Shown: piece by piece, positions 18,179 through 27,636 of the stretch | Layout: every line of letters starts with the position of its first letter | Position numbering within the stretch: position 1 is the first letter of the stretch | Origin: Desulfotalea psychrophila LSv54 | GTDB taxonomy: Bacteria > Desulfobacterota > Desulfobulbia > Desulfobulbales > Desulfocapsaceae | Assembly (NCBI RefSeq): GCF_000025945.1 | Contig: NC_006138.1 | Location: forward strand, 3,300,001-3,332,000 | Length of the DNA stretch: 32,000 bases | Direction of reading: 5' to 3' | Made by a program: the position numbers and the translations under genes | Notes under the pieces: model-generated | Told to the model about the DNA's origin: nothing | Database searches by the model: none | The model's input: the letters and a program-made list of their open reading frames with translations, nothing else

Positions 18179-20110
18179 TTAGGCCTTACGACGCAAAATG
18201 CGCTTATCACCAACCCGCATGGTCAATTTTACCCGGTCAAAGTATTCGAGAATTGGAATAGAAAATTTCCTGGAGAGACCGCTCAGCTCCTTCATCCCCG
18301 GGGCGTCTATCTCGCCCAGGCGTTGAATACGCTCCTCGATCTGCCTACTTAACTCGTCTATGATCTCCTTTGCATAGTAGAGCGTCTCGCTGATCTTAAC
18401 CAGCTTCCCCTCACGTAATTGCAGGGCCAGGACCTCTTTGACCAGAGACTCTGAATAATCGGCAAAATGGTCCATGGTCTCCCGAATGGTGGGGGTCGCT
18501 GTCCCCCTCTGCTGATACCAGACGAGCAAGTCCCGCTGCAGCTCTTCCTCATCAGCCTTCAGGGCAACCTCATGGCTTGCCATATGGACCAGAGAATCTT
18601 CCTGCACCAGAACATCTTTACGGACAAGATCGGCGAGACACCAGTTAAAGAGCTTGGCATCCACCCGGGCCCCAAGACCTGAACGTAACTCCTCCTTGGC
18701 AATACCTGCCTGCAGAGGATTTTCTTTATGGTAGGCAACAAGGCTTAGGATAAGTCGATCCTTCAGTTGCTCTCCATACTCTGCAAAAATATAGCGTTGC
18801 AGGGAGGGATCAACCATGATCATCCGCCTGCTTGAAAGGGGGGCAGCAATGACCTTCTTCAGCTGCTTGGCAAAGAGCCCCAGACGCACGCCTATATCAT
18901 CCAAACAGAGCCCTGTCATCCCCGCATCTTTCAAGAAGAAGAGAATCTTTTCTTCGTAATCCCCAACCTTGAGACAGTGATAGGCGGCAATGTTTTTCTG
19001 CCGATCTGCCTCGTTGACCCGCTTGCGCTTTCTGGGCGAGACATTACCTAAAACAGTACCACCACCGATGGTAACGACAGGAGAGTAACTTCTCACCACA
19101 AAACGATCACCAGGCCAAACAGCAACCTGCTCCTCAAGTAAAACCTGCACCATGGTCTCATCACCGGGCTGCAACTCATCCCGATCAAGCAGGGATATTC
19201 TGCCCATTATCTCAGCCGTACCAAGGTGAACCCGCACCCGGGCACGATGTTTAAGCGCCTTGCTATTAGAGGCGATATAGAGGAATTCACAGTCAAGCAT
19301 ATAGGTCGCCTGCAGGCTGCCATCATGGGCCAGGACCATACCACGCGCTATATCCGCAATATCCACTCCCTGCAGGTTAATAGCCGTGCGATGCCCAGCC
19401 TCAACATAATCCACAGCCTCGGAGTGGACCTGAAGACCTCGCACCTTGGCTACCAGCTCACCGGGATAGAAACGCAACTCATCACCCAGTGCGGCCCGGC
19501 CGGAAAGTGACGTCCCCGTCACCACTGCCCCAAAACCCTTCATGGCAAAAACACGATCAACGGCTAGGCGAAAAGAACCAAATATCTCGTTAAAGCTCTG
19601 CCTCTTCACCAGTTCATCGAGAACATCCCGCACCTCATCCAAACCCTCACCAGAGGCAGATGAGACGGGAAGAATAGGGGCATCCTCTAAAAAGCTGCCC
19701 TGGCAAAACTCCCGAATCTCCTCTTCAACCATCTCCAGCCAATCGGGATCAACCAGATCTTTTTTGGTGAGAATAATCAGACCTTGCTTCACCCCCATCA
19801 GCTGACAAATTTCAAAATGCTCTTTGGTCTGGGGCATAATGCCCTCATCGGCGGCAATGATAAAGGCAAGAATATCCATACCGGAGACACCCGCCACCAT
19901 GTTTTTAACAAACTTTTCATGGCCGGGGACATCAACAATGCCGAGGCGATGCCCGCAGGGAAGATCCATATAGGCAAAACCCAACTCAATGGTAATGCCA
20001 CGTTTTTTCTCTTCCTTAAGGCGATCCGTCTCTATCCCTGTAAGGGCCCGGACAAAGCTTGTCTTGCCATGATCTACATGACCTGCTGTACCAAGAACTA
20101 TTTCACGCAT
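18179..20110 (-). CDS. selB: Selenocysteine-specific translation elongation factor
   Basis: 643 aa. The EF-Tu-like G domain has [18 protein letters not shown] and TKKD. A long C-terminal winged-helix extension is typical of bacterial SelB. Confidence 0.92.
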   Translation of the reverse strand: MREIVLGTAGHVDHGKTSFVRALTGIETDRLKEEKKRGITIELGFAYMDLPCGHRLGIVDVPGHEKFVKNMVAGVSGMDILAFIIAADEGIMPQTKEHFEICQLMGVKQGLIILTKKDLVDPDWLEMVEEEIREFCQGSFLEDAPILPVSSASGEGLDEVRDVLDELVKRQSFNEIFGSFRLAVDRVFAMKGFGAVVTGTSLSGRAALGDELRFYPGELVAKVRGLQVHSEAVDYVEAGHRTAINLQGVDIADIARGMVLAHDGSLQATYMLDCEFLYIASNSKALKHRARVRVHLGTAEIMGRISLLDRDELQPGDETMVQVLLEEQVAVWPGDRFVVRSYSPVVTIGGGTVLGNVSPRKRKRVNEADRQKNIAAYHCLKVGDYEEKILFFLKDAGMTGLCLDDIGVRLGLFAKQLKKVIAAPLSSRRMIMVDPSLQRYIFAEYGEQLKDRLILSLVAYHKENPLQAGIAKEELRSGLGARVDAKLFNWCLADLVRKDVLVQEDSLVHMASHEVALKADEEELQRDLLVWYQQRGTATPTIRETMDHFADYSESLVKEVLALQLREGKLVKISETLYYAKEIIDELSRQIEERIQRLGEIDAPGMKELSGLSRKFSIPILEYFDRVKLTMRVGDKRILRRKA

Positions 20111-20137
20111 AGGGGTCTATTGAGTTAAATTCAAGAG

Positions 20138-20779
20138 TTATTTGAGAAAAGGGTTGGCTCGTTTTTCAAAACCGATGTGAGAACGATCCCCGCCATAGCC
20201 ATGTCCAGGCCAAACAATGGTCTCATCCGGCAGGACGAAGAGCTTGGTCCTGATGGAGTTGAGAAGGTCCTGATGATTGCCACCCATGAAATCGGTGCGT
20301 CCCACGGCGGTCACGAAGAGGGTATCTCCAGTAAAGAGATCACCATCAGGACCATCATTATTATAAAGACACATTCCGCCCGGAGTATGACCGGGAGTGT
20401 GAAGAACCTTAAGAACAACCTCACCAATATTTATGGTATCGCCATCGACCACGGTAATATCCACGGGCGGAGAGAACTCAAGACCCAGATGGGAAAAATG
20501 ATCCTTAACCTCAGCCTTGGCAAAAAACTCGGCATCCAGGGCATGCATGATAATCTTTGCCCCCGTTGCCTCTTGTATTCTACGGTTACCACAGACATGA
20601 TCCGGATGACCGTGGGTGGCAATAATATACTGAAGATCCAAACCTGCCTTCTCAATTGCAGCAAGCACGCGATCTTCGTCACCACCAACATCTATAAGGG
20701 CAGCCTTCTTGGTCTTCTCACAGCTGACGAGATAGCAACAAACGCCCATCGTCCCCACTGTTATCTGCTCTATTTTCAT
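20138..20779 (-). CDS. MBL-fold metallo-hydrolase (glyoxalase II / hydroxyacylglutathione hydrolase-like)
   Basis: THGHPDH metal motif, HTPGHTPG and a later D/H ligand region. The start is placed at ATG 20779 (MKIEQITVG). It ends 27 nt upstream of the selB start. Confidence 0.85.
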   Translation of the reverse strand: MKIEQITVGTMGVCCYLVSCEKTKKAALIDVGGDEDRVLAAIEKAGLDLQYIIATHGHPDHVCGNRRIQEATGAKIIMHALDAEFFAKAEVKDHFSHLGLEFSPPVDITVVDGDTINIGEVVLKVLHTPGHTPGGMCLYNNDGPDGDLFTGDTLFVTAVGRTDFMGGNHQDLLNSIRTKLFVLPDETIVWPGHGYGGDRSHIGFEKRANPFLK

Positions 20780-20840
20780 ATACACTACCATTTTTTTTGG
20801 GTTAGCTGAAAGATTGCAGCTTTCAAACGGCCCCTATTTG

Positions 20841-20870
20841 ATTTCACAGGCGAACTTTCGCCTGTGAAAT
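20841..20870 (-). terminator. Perfect 13-bp hairpin (ATTTCACAGGCGA-actt-TCGCCTGTGAAAT) 12 nt after the mrp stop, with no U-tract
   Basis: Read directly. Confidence 0.35.
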
Positions 20871-20882
20871 ATTCAACAAACT

Positions 20883-21854
20883 CTAACAATCACACTTTTC
20901 AGTATCACAACCACCAGTACCACAACCACAGCTGCTTGCAGCCTTCGGTGCGACCTTAGGAGCTACTGCCCCAGGGGCAGCCATTTGAATTGGAGCCACG
21001 GGTGGCACACGATTTTCAACGGCCTCAAGCACCTTGGTAAAGGCATCAACAGCAGGACTTTTTGCATCTGTAACCAGATAAGGAGCACCATCATCACCTG
21101 CGATAACAATACGCGGATCCATAGGGATACGACCAAGGAAGGGCAGGTCATACTCACGGGCCAAGGCCTCACCACCACCAGACTTAAAGATATCTACGAC
21201 AGCATTACATTCAGGACAAACAAAACCTGACATGTTCTCAACCATACCAATCACATCAAGCTTAACTACCTTACAGAAGTTAATCGATTTACGTACATCT
21301 GCAAGAGCCAGCTGTTGTGGAGTTGTTACCACAATAGCCTTCAGATTAGGGATGGTTTGAGCTACAGAAAGAGGTTCATCACCGGTACCCGGAGGAGCAT
21401 CAATGATAAGATAATCAAGTTCGCCCCAATCCATATCAGAAATAAATTGACGAATTGCCTGAATCTTCATTGGTCCACGCCAAATAATGGCCTCGTCACG
21501 ATCACGAAGCATATACTCAATAGAAACAACCTTCAGATTTTCATTGTAGTCAAGAGTGGCTACTAAATCATCGGGAGACTCAGGTGGTTCAAGACTTCCG
21601 GTCATATTCAACATGCGTACAACATCGGGTCCATGAATATCAACATCCATCAAACCAACCTTATGACCGCGATTAGCAAGCCCCAGGGCAAGGTTTACAG
21701 AAACAGTTGATTTACCAACACCGCCCTTACCGCTCATCACAATAATCTTGTTCTTGATCTTACCAAGAGATTTTGTAATTGCATTTTCCTGCTGAGCCAT
21801 CGCCGCCTGTTGGCTTTCTTGACTACTACAGGAACTTCCACATGATCCAGCCAT
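20883..21854 (-). CDS. mrp: Mrp/NBP35/ApbC-family P-loop ATPase (Fe-S cluster carrier) with Cys-rich N- and C-terminal tails
   Basis: Deviant Walker A SGKGGVGKST and the central CPEC motif (GFVCPECNAVVDIF). The start is placed at ATG 21854 (MAGSCGSSCSS), with GGAGG 7 nt upstream. The upstream 50 codons of the track ORF are AT-rich and look non-coding. Confidence 0.85.
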   Translation of the reverse strand: MAGSCGSSCSSQESQQAAMAQQENAITKSLGKIKNKIIVMSGKGGVGKSTVSVNLALGLANRGHKVGLMDVDIHGPDVVRMLNMTGSLEPPESPDDLVATLDYNENLKVVSIEYMLRDRDEAIIWRGPMKIQAIRQFISDMDWGELDYLIIDAPPGTGDEPLSVAQTIPNLKAIVVTTPQQLALADVRKSINFCKVVKLDVIGMVENMSGFVCPECNAVVDIFKSGGGEALAREYDLPFLGRIPMDPRIVIAGDDGAPYLVTDAKSPAVDAFTKVLEAVENRVPPVAPIQMAAPGAVAPKVAPKAASSCGCGTGGCDTEKCDC

Positions 21855-22277
21855 TGTACTTCCTCCTATAATTTGTGATAACTCACTTAGGTAAAGACAT
21901 ATAAAAAGTGAAAACAATTCTACTTGAAAATAGAAGATTCTCATCTCTGAAATATCTGCTATAATCGCACAACAATAAGAAATAAAGACACGCAAAGCAG
22001 ACACTAAAGTAATCTTGTTAACAGGAAAAGCAAATAGTTTAATGCCCCAAACTTATTTCTATCATATTGTCTCTTTAGCACAGGTAAATAGATGCTAAAA
22101 AACAAAGAGAAAGAAGTTCTGAACAAAGCACCTTTTTACTTTTGCATAGAAGGCAGAGCAGGTATTCTTTTGATTGATTTCTTACTGTTTCATTCGTAAG
22201 GTAACCTCTCACAAAACTTTTACAATTCATTATAGGCTCATAGCGACAGATTGCCGCAATACCACAGGAAGGATAAT

Positions 22278-23663
22278 ATGCTCGGTTGGTTCAAAAAAAA
22301 GTTCTCAAAGAAAACAGACACAGCTCCTAAAAAAGAAGAAGCTGTTCTGCCACCGATAGAGGTGGAAGAGGTAGAGCAAGTCGTCAATGCCCCAAGAGAG
22401 GTAGTGGCTACAGGCAAGGAGAGGAAAGAGCCCAGCGAAATAGAGGCAGTAATCGAGCCAGAGGAACCACCCACTGCGACAGCGATTGAGACAGCACCCG
22501 CGCCATTGGCTCAAGAGGATATCTCCGCCCCACCTCTTGCCCCTGAAGAGGTTAGCAAAAAAGAGAAGGTCATCGCGCTCAAACCAATAACTGAAATGGC
22601 TGCCGCTCCGGCACCAGCCAAGGCAGAGCCGAAGGCAGAGCCGAAGCCAGAACAGGCTACAGAAGCTGAGAAAAGTTCACCGCCCGCACCTCCTGCCCTT
22701 ATAGAAAAAAAACCCAGCAAAGAGGAAAAGAAACCCTCTCTGTTTAAAAAGCTCAGTGCCCGGCTGGCCAAATCCCGTGAGGCCTTTACCTATCAGCTTG
22801 ACAGTCTTTTTCTCGGAAAAAAAGAGATCGACACCAACCTCCTCGACGACCTCGAAGAGCTTCTCATCATGGCTGATCTTGGCGTTTCCACCACGGATGA
22901 GATACTGGAATTTGCCCGTCGCAAGGCTAAGAGAAAGGAACTCTCCGACCCTGCCGCCCTGAAGGAGGCCATTAAAACAAAAATTGCCTCCTTCATAGAA
23001 GAAGCCCAGGAAGATGCAGAGCTGGTCATGCCGGAATCAGGCCCATTTATCATCATGGTGATTGGAGTTAACGGGGTTGGCAAGACAACAACAATTGGTA
23101 AGATCGCAAAGAAATTTGTCAATTCAGGAAACTCTGTTATGCTCGTTGCCGCAGACACCTTTCGAGCAGCAGCCGTCTCTCAATTGAAAATTTGGGGCGA
23201 GCGCAACGAGGTCCCAGTCTTCTCCCGCCAAGAGGGGGCTGACCCATCCTCTGTAGCCTACGACGCCATAGCCAAGGCCGTGGCTGAAGAGTATGACGTT
23301 GTCCTGATCGATACAGCCGGTCGCCTTCACACCCAGACCAACCTTATGGAAGAGTTAAAGAAAATCAAAAGGGTTATTGGTAAAAATTGTGCCGGTGCCC
23401 CCCACGAAATTATGTTGGTAATAGATGCCACCACCGGACAAAATGGTATCTCCCAGGCAAAACTCTTCAACGATGCCGTCGGCATAACCGGTATAACCCT
23501 GACCAAACTTGATGGCACTGCCAAGGGCGGCATTGTCGCCAATATATCACGGGAGCTGGATACACCTATCCGCTTTATCGGTATTGGTGAACAGATAGAT
23601 GACCTCCGTGATTTTGACCACAACGAATTTATCGAGGCTCTTTTTCAAACAAGAGACAACTAA
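22278..23663 (+). CDS. ftsY: Signal recognition particle receptor FtsY
   Basis: Start is ATG 22278 (MLGWFKKKF), with AGGAAGGA upstream. The A-domain is acidic and P/A/E/K-rich. The NG domain has GVNGVGKTTTIGK, DTAGR and TKLDGTAKGG. Confidence 0.93.
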   Translation: MLGWFKKKFSKKTDTAPKKEEAVLPPIEVEEVEQVVNAPREVVATGKERKEPSEIEAVIEPEEPPTATAIETAPAPLAQEDISAPPLAPEEVSKKEKVIALKPITEMAAAPAPAKAEPKAEPKPEQATEAEKSSPPAPPALIEKKPSKEEKKPSLFKKLSARLAKSREAFTYQLDSLFLGKKEIDTNLLDDLEELLIMADLGVSTTDEILEFARRKAKRKELSDPAALKEAIKTKIASFIEEAQEDAELVMPESGPFIIMVIGVNGVGKTTTIGKIAKKFVNSGNSVMLVAADTFRAAAVSQLKIWGERNEVPVFSRQEGADPSSVAYDAIAKAVAEEYDVVLIDTAGRLHTQTNLMEELKKIKRVIGKNCAGAPHEIMLVIDATTGQNGISQAKLFNDAVGITGITLTKLDGTAKGGIVANISRELDTPIRFIGIGEQIDDLRDFDHNEFIEALFQTRDN

Positions 23664-23672
23664 TAGAGGCGG

Positions 23673-23697
23673 ACGGTGAGAGAGGAACTCTCACCGT
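23673..23697 (+). terminator. Perfect 10-bp hairpin (ACGGTGAGAG-aggaa-CTCTCACCGT) 9 nt after the ftsY stop, with no U-tract
   Basis: Read directly. Only 28 nt separate it from the djlA ATG, so it may be an attenuating or processing structure rather than a full terminator. Confidence 0.35.
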
Positions 23698-23725
23698 ACC
23701 TACCCCCATCTCCTATAGGTTCCTT

Positions 23726-24547
23726 ATGAAATACCAACAACAACAACAGCCAGGTTGCGGTGGATGTTTTATCATCCTTCTTTTACTGATGCTTATCCCG
23801 GGAGGAGCCTCCTTTCTCGGCTCCATTTTTTCCTTTGCCCTCACGACAATTGTCCTTATCGTTGCCATTCTATGGGGCTTTTCCTTTTGGATGAGACGCA
23901 AAATTGTCGATTACGAACAGTCACAGACGGAGAGCCATAATCGTTTCGTCTGGCTCCTCACCCATATACTGGTCCATATCGCCAAAATCGATGGTGTTCT
24001 CACCAAAGAAGAGGTCCTGACCATCCAACGCTTCTTCCAGGACAGTCTGCGCTATAACCAAACCCAGATGCGCTGGGTGAAAGAACTGATCAAGGAAGCA
24101 TCCTCTTCAAACAATAGCCTTGAGTCCCTCTTACAGGAATTCAAGACATCCTTTGCCTATGAGCCCAGGCTTATTCTTCTAGAGCTTGTCTATCAGGTAA
24201 TGTACAGCAATAGCCATGTACCCGATAACGAGTTACAGATAGCCAGAAATATTGCGAAATACCTTGATATCTCAGACTATGACCAACGGACTATGGAGGC
24301 AAAATATCGCTACCAAAGCCAGCATCCAACAGGAGGAGGAGGAGGCAACCAGGAGGCACAGTTCAGAACCGTGTTGGGTGTTGACGCAGGAGCAGAATTT
24401 GAAACCATAAGAAAGGCATATCGTAAACTCAGTATGCAGTATCACCCCGACAAGGTGGCACACCTCGGTGAGGAATTCAAAAAAGTTGCTGAAGAAAAGA
24501 TGAAGGAGATTAACGCCGCCTACGATTACTTCAAGAAGAGACAGTAA
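23726..24547 (+). CDS. djlA: DjlA-like membrane-anchored co-chaperone (TM segments, TerB-like domain, C-terminal J domain)
   Basis: 273 aa with N-terminal hydrophobic segments. The central part resembles TerB/DjlA (IAKIDGVLTKEEVLTIQRFF). The C-terminal J domain carries HPD (YRKLSMQYHPDKV). Confidence 0.7.
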   Translation: MKYQQQQQPGCGGCFIILLLLMLIPGGASFLGSIFSFALTTIVLIVAILWGFSFWMRRKIVDYEQSQTESHNRFVWLLTHILVHIAKIDGVLTKEEVLTIQRFFQDSLRYNQTQMRWVKELIKEASSSNNSLESLLQEFKTSFAYEPRLILLELVYQVMYSNSHVPDNELQIARNIAKYLDISDYDQRTMEAKYRYQSQHPTGGGGGNQEAQFRTVLGVDAGAEFETIRKAYRKLSMQYHPDKVAHLGEEFKKVAEEKMKEINAAYDYFKKRQ

Positions 24548-24574
24548 ATACAGGCCGTTTTTTTCATAGAATGG

Positions 24575-24609
24575 CAGGCCTGGAAGATGACAGTTTCCAG
24601 GCCTGTTTT
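24575..24609 (+). terminator. Rho-independent terminator of djlA
   Basis: 11-bp perfect stem CAGGCCTGGAA / TTCCAGGCCTG, 9-nt loop, followed by TTTT. Confidence 0.75.
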
Positions 24610-24790
24610 ACGTTAGGGATAGCTTGAAGACTTGAACCTTTCGATAAAGATCTAGGCATAATAAAAAATGAGCACCGAAAGCATGGGTAAGAGCCTAGGC
24701 TTACCTGCGAGGACACTTTTTTTATTAGACTGAGATTTGCAGAGAGGAGTTTTTTTCAGGATCCCCTCAAATCAAGAGCAGGAGTAGAGA

Positions 24791-25978
24791 ATGGCCATAT
24801 CAAGTAAGATGAAGATCTTTGCGGAAAAATCTTCCTGGATTCGCAAGATGTTTGAGCAGGGCGGTAAGATGAAGGCTGAATTTGGCGCTGAAAACGTCTT
24901 TGACTTCAGCCTCGGTAATCCCGATGCACCTCCCCCTGCCCAGTTTGATCAAGTCCTCGCCAAAATTGCAGCCGACAATGGCCCTGGCACCCACTCCTAT
25001 ATGCCCAATGGCGGCCACCTCTGGGTACGCGAAGCTGTGGCAGGCCAAATGGCCAAGGAACAGGGAGTGAAGGTTGTCGCATCTGATATGCTTCTGAGCT
25101 GCGGGGCTGCCGGTGGCATCAACGTCATCATGAAGTCCCTGCTCAATCCAGGTGATGAGGTAATCTTTCTTGCCCCATACTTTGTTGAGTACGATTTCTA
25201 TGTGGATAATCACGGTGGCAAAAGCAGGGTTGTCCAGACCGACGAGAACTTCAATCCCGATATGGCTGCCATCCGAGAGGCCATCAGCGAAAAGACCAAG
25301 GCGATCATTATAAACTCGCCCAACAACCCTACTGGACAGATTTACAGCAAAGAGATTCTGGCAGAACTGGGCCTCCTCCTCACCGAGATGGGAGAGAAAT
25401 TTGGGAGCACCATCTACCTTATCTCCGATGAGCCCTATCGCAAGATCACCTATGACGGCATCGAAGTACCTAGCATCTTTGCCGCATACAGCAACAGCAT
25501 CATCGTCTCCTCCTACTCAAAAGATCTCTCCCTACCAGGAGAGAGAATTGGCTATGTGGCCGTTCACCCCGGGATTAGCGAAAAAGCGGAACTGGTCAGC
25601 GCCATGACTCTGGCCAACAGAATACTCGGTTTTGTCAACGCCCCCGCACTTATGCAGAGGGTTATTGCTGAACTTCAAGGTATTTCCGTGGACAATGAGA
25701 GGTATGCGAGAAGAAGAGAGGCCTTTTGTCAGATCCTCACCGAGGCGGGTTTTGATTTCGTCCCACCCAAGGGAGCCTTTTACATCTTTCCAAAATCACC
25801 CATCGAAGATGATGTGGCATTCTGTGCAATTCTACAGGAAGAGAAGATACTTGCCGTACCAGGCCGTGGATTTGGCGCCCCAGGCTATATTCGCCTTGCC
25901 TTCTGCGTGCCCGATGAAACCATCGCAGGTTCTGCTGCGGCCTTCAAACGTGCTTACCAAAAGGCACTGAAGGCGTAG
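24791..25978 (+). CDS. PLP-dependent aminotransferase, class I/II (aspartate/alanine aminotransferase type)
   Basis: 395 aa with GGAG 8 nt upstream. Contains FSLGNPD, NSPNNPTG and the PLP-lysine block SYSKDLSLPGERIGY. Confidence 0.85.
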   Translation: MAISSKMKIFAEKSSWIRKMFEQGGKMKAEFGAENVFDFSLGNPDAPPPAQFDQVLAKIAADNGPGTHSYMPNGGHLWVREAVAGQMAKEQGVKVVASDMLLSCGAAGGINVIMKSLLNPGDEVIFLAPYFVEYDFYVDNHGGKSRVVQTDENFNPDMAAIREAISEKTKAIIINSPNNPTGQIYSKEILAELGLLLTEMGEKFGSTIYLISDEPYRKITYDGIEVPSIFAAYSNSIIVSSYSKDLSLPGERIGYVAVHPGISEKAELVSAMTLANRILGFVNAPALMQRVIAELQGISVDNERYARRREAFCQILTEAGFDFVPPKGAFYIFPKSPIEDDVAFCAILQEEKILAVPGRGFGAPGYIRLAFCVPDETIAGSAAAFKRAYQKALKA

Positions 25979-26001
25979 TCCAACGCCCATCAGGCAGACA
26001 C

Positions 26002-26043
26002 AAAAAAACCCAAAACGGTATCAGAAAAGATACTGTTTTGGGT
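26002..26043 (-). terminator. Rho-independent terminator of der, possibly bidirectional for the aminotransferase gene
   Basis: 15-bp stem with one G-U pair (ACCCAAAACGGTATC / GATACTGTTTTGGGT). On the minus strand it is followed by T7, 25 nt after the der stop. On the plus strand the A7 run precedes it. Confidence 0.75.
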
Positions 26044-26068
26044 CTCTACTACTTAGGCTCCCTACTCT

Positions 26069-27409
26069 CTAAACGCGCTGGCCAGACTTATCCTTAAAGA
26101 TAAGCTGAATAGGCACCTTATCGAGGCCAAGCCCCTCTCGGTACCTGTTGGACAGAAATCGTTGATAAGAAAAATGGACGCCCTTACTTGAGTTCGACAT
26201 AATAACAAACTTAGGCGGACAGGTTCCAATCTGCGAAGAGTAGTAGAACTTCAAGCGCTTGTTCTTATAGATCGGTGGCGCATGTACAGTTACAGCCTCG
26301 CGAAGCAGTCTGTTGATCGTCGAGGTAGAGAATTGAGCACTGTACTGACGGTAGACAGAACCGATAACCGGAAAGAGTCTCTTGATCCCGAAACCACTCA
26401 GGGCTGATACGGTTAAAAGCGGGGCAAAACCAATAAAGGGAAGCTGACGTCCAACCTCTGCGAGCACCTCATCCTGGCGTTTCTTATCCCCTTCAAGCAG
26501 ATCCCACTTATTGACCAAAATAATGAGACCACGACCCTGATCCAGGGCATAACCAATAACCTTGGTATCCTGCTCGGTAATACCCTCGTCGGCATCGATA
26601 AGGATAACTGCAACATCACAACGTTCCAGAGCGCCCAGAGACTTAAGGATACTAAATTTCTCCAGTTTTTCCGTGGTCTTTCCCTTACGTCTGATTCCCG
26701 CAGTATCAATAAGGAGATAACTGTAGTTGCCATGGGTAAGCAGGGTATCAACGGAGTCCCGGGTTGTTCCTGAAATTTCAGAAACAATCATCCGATCCTC
26801 ACCGAGAATGCGGTTAATCATCGATGATTTACCGACATTGGGACGACCGAAAAAGGCAACCTTAACGGTGCCATCGGGAAGATCCTGGCTCATGGTGCTT
26901 GCCTCAATGGTCTCACTAAGAGCATCCATTAAGGTGTTAAAGCCAAAGGTGTGATCAGCTGACAGGGACCAGAGTGTTTCTACACCCAGTTCATAAAATG
27001 GGCAGAGAAGCTCAAGCTCTTTCTCCGGGCCATCTATCTTATTTATCACATGATAAACAGGTTTCTTGGCCCGACGAAGAATATCCACCACCTCATAATC
27101 TGCAGGGGTCAGACCTTCACGACCATCCATCAAAAAGAGGACAATATCAGCCTCTTCGATAGCAGCAAGGGCCTGATCGCGGATATGGGGTACCAACACA
27201 TCTTCCGGATTATCATCAATTCCACCGGTATCGACCAGTATCATGGCCCGATTATTCCATACAACCCGCTCATATTGGCGATCCCTCGTTACTCCAGGAG
27301 TTGGATCAACAAGGGCATTTCTTGATTTTGTTATTCTATTGAAGAGGGTGGATTTACCGACATTAGGTCGACCAACCAAAGCAACAATAGGACATGAACT
27401 ATTTGACAT
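26069..27409 (-). CDS. der: Ribosome-associated GTPase Der (EngA)
   Basis: 446 aa with two tandem G domains (GRPNVGKSTLFN..DTGG..NKID and GRPNVGKSSMIN..DTAG..NKWD) plus a KH-like C-terminus. Confidence 0.95.
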   Translation of the reverse strand: MSNSSCPIVALVGRPNVGKSTLFNRITKSRNALVDPTPGVTRDRQYERVVWNNRAMILVDTGGIDDNPEDVLVPHIRDQALAAIEEADIVLFLMDGREGLTPADYEVVDILRRAKKPVYHVINKIDGPEKELELLCPFYELGVETLWSLSADHTFGFNTLMDALSETIEASTMSQDLPDGTVKVAFFGRPNVGKSSMINRILGEDRMIVSEISGTTRDSVDTLLTHGNYSYLLIDTAGIRRKGKTTEKLEKFSILKSLGALERCDVAVILIDADEGITEQDTKVIGYALDQGRGLIILVNKWDLLEGDKKRQDEVLAEVGRQLPFIGFAPLLTVSALSGFGIKRLFPVIGSVYRQYSAQFSTSTINRLLREAVTVHAPPIYKNKRLKFYYSSQIGTCPPKFVIMSNSSKGVHFSYQRFLSNRYREGLGLDKVPIQLIFKDKSGQRV

Positions 27410-27636
27410 ATTTTCCTTTTGCCTCTACGTTATTTCATGCGGATAAACGAAAGCAAGCCCTCCGCGAATGAAATACATCATGGCAAGCGCGTTTTCCCTT
27501 TCAAAAATTAGGGCTCTATTTACCCGATACAAAGCAATTTTGCACCAACTATACTTTGATCACAGAAAGTAATGCCGATCGGATAAAGAGCAATGCTTAC
27601 CTCCGAGAAAAGCATCTTTCGTTTTTTTCAGAGCCT

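Noticed and set aside
20177-20809. A 210-aa plus-strand ORF almost exactly mirrors the 217-aa MBL hydrolase gene. Similar long antisense ORFs occur at 2227..2838, 14813..15508, 5791..6243 and 30550..31062.
   Set aside because: In every case the opposite-strand translation carries unmistakable family motifs (THGHPDH, YceG, Mur ligase, hexapeptide). The antisense products are low-information, lack RBSs, and are the usual stop-poor shadow frames of biased coding sequence.
22330-22830. Low-complexity P/A/E/K-rich coding stretch with AEPKAEPK repeats.
   Set aside because: This is the well-known variable acidic A-domain of FtsY, not a separate feature.
24640-24790. Possible riboswitch or attenuator upstream of the aminotransferase gene (self-complementary GCCTAGGC, GTAAG..CTTAC, then a T7 run).
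   Set aside because: The stems are short and not adjacent to the T-run, and I recognise no known riboswitch core. The evidence is insufficient without covariation analysis.
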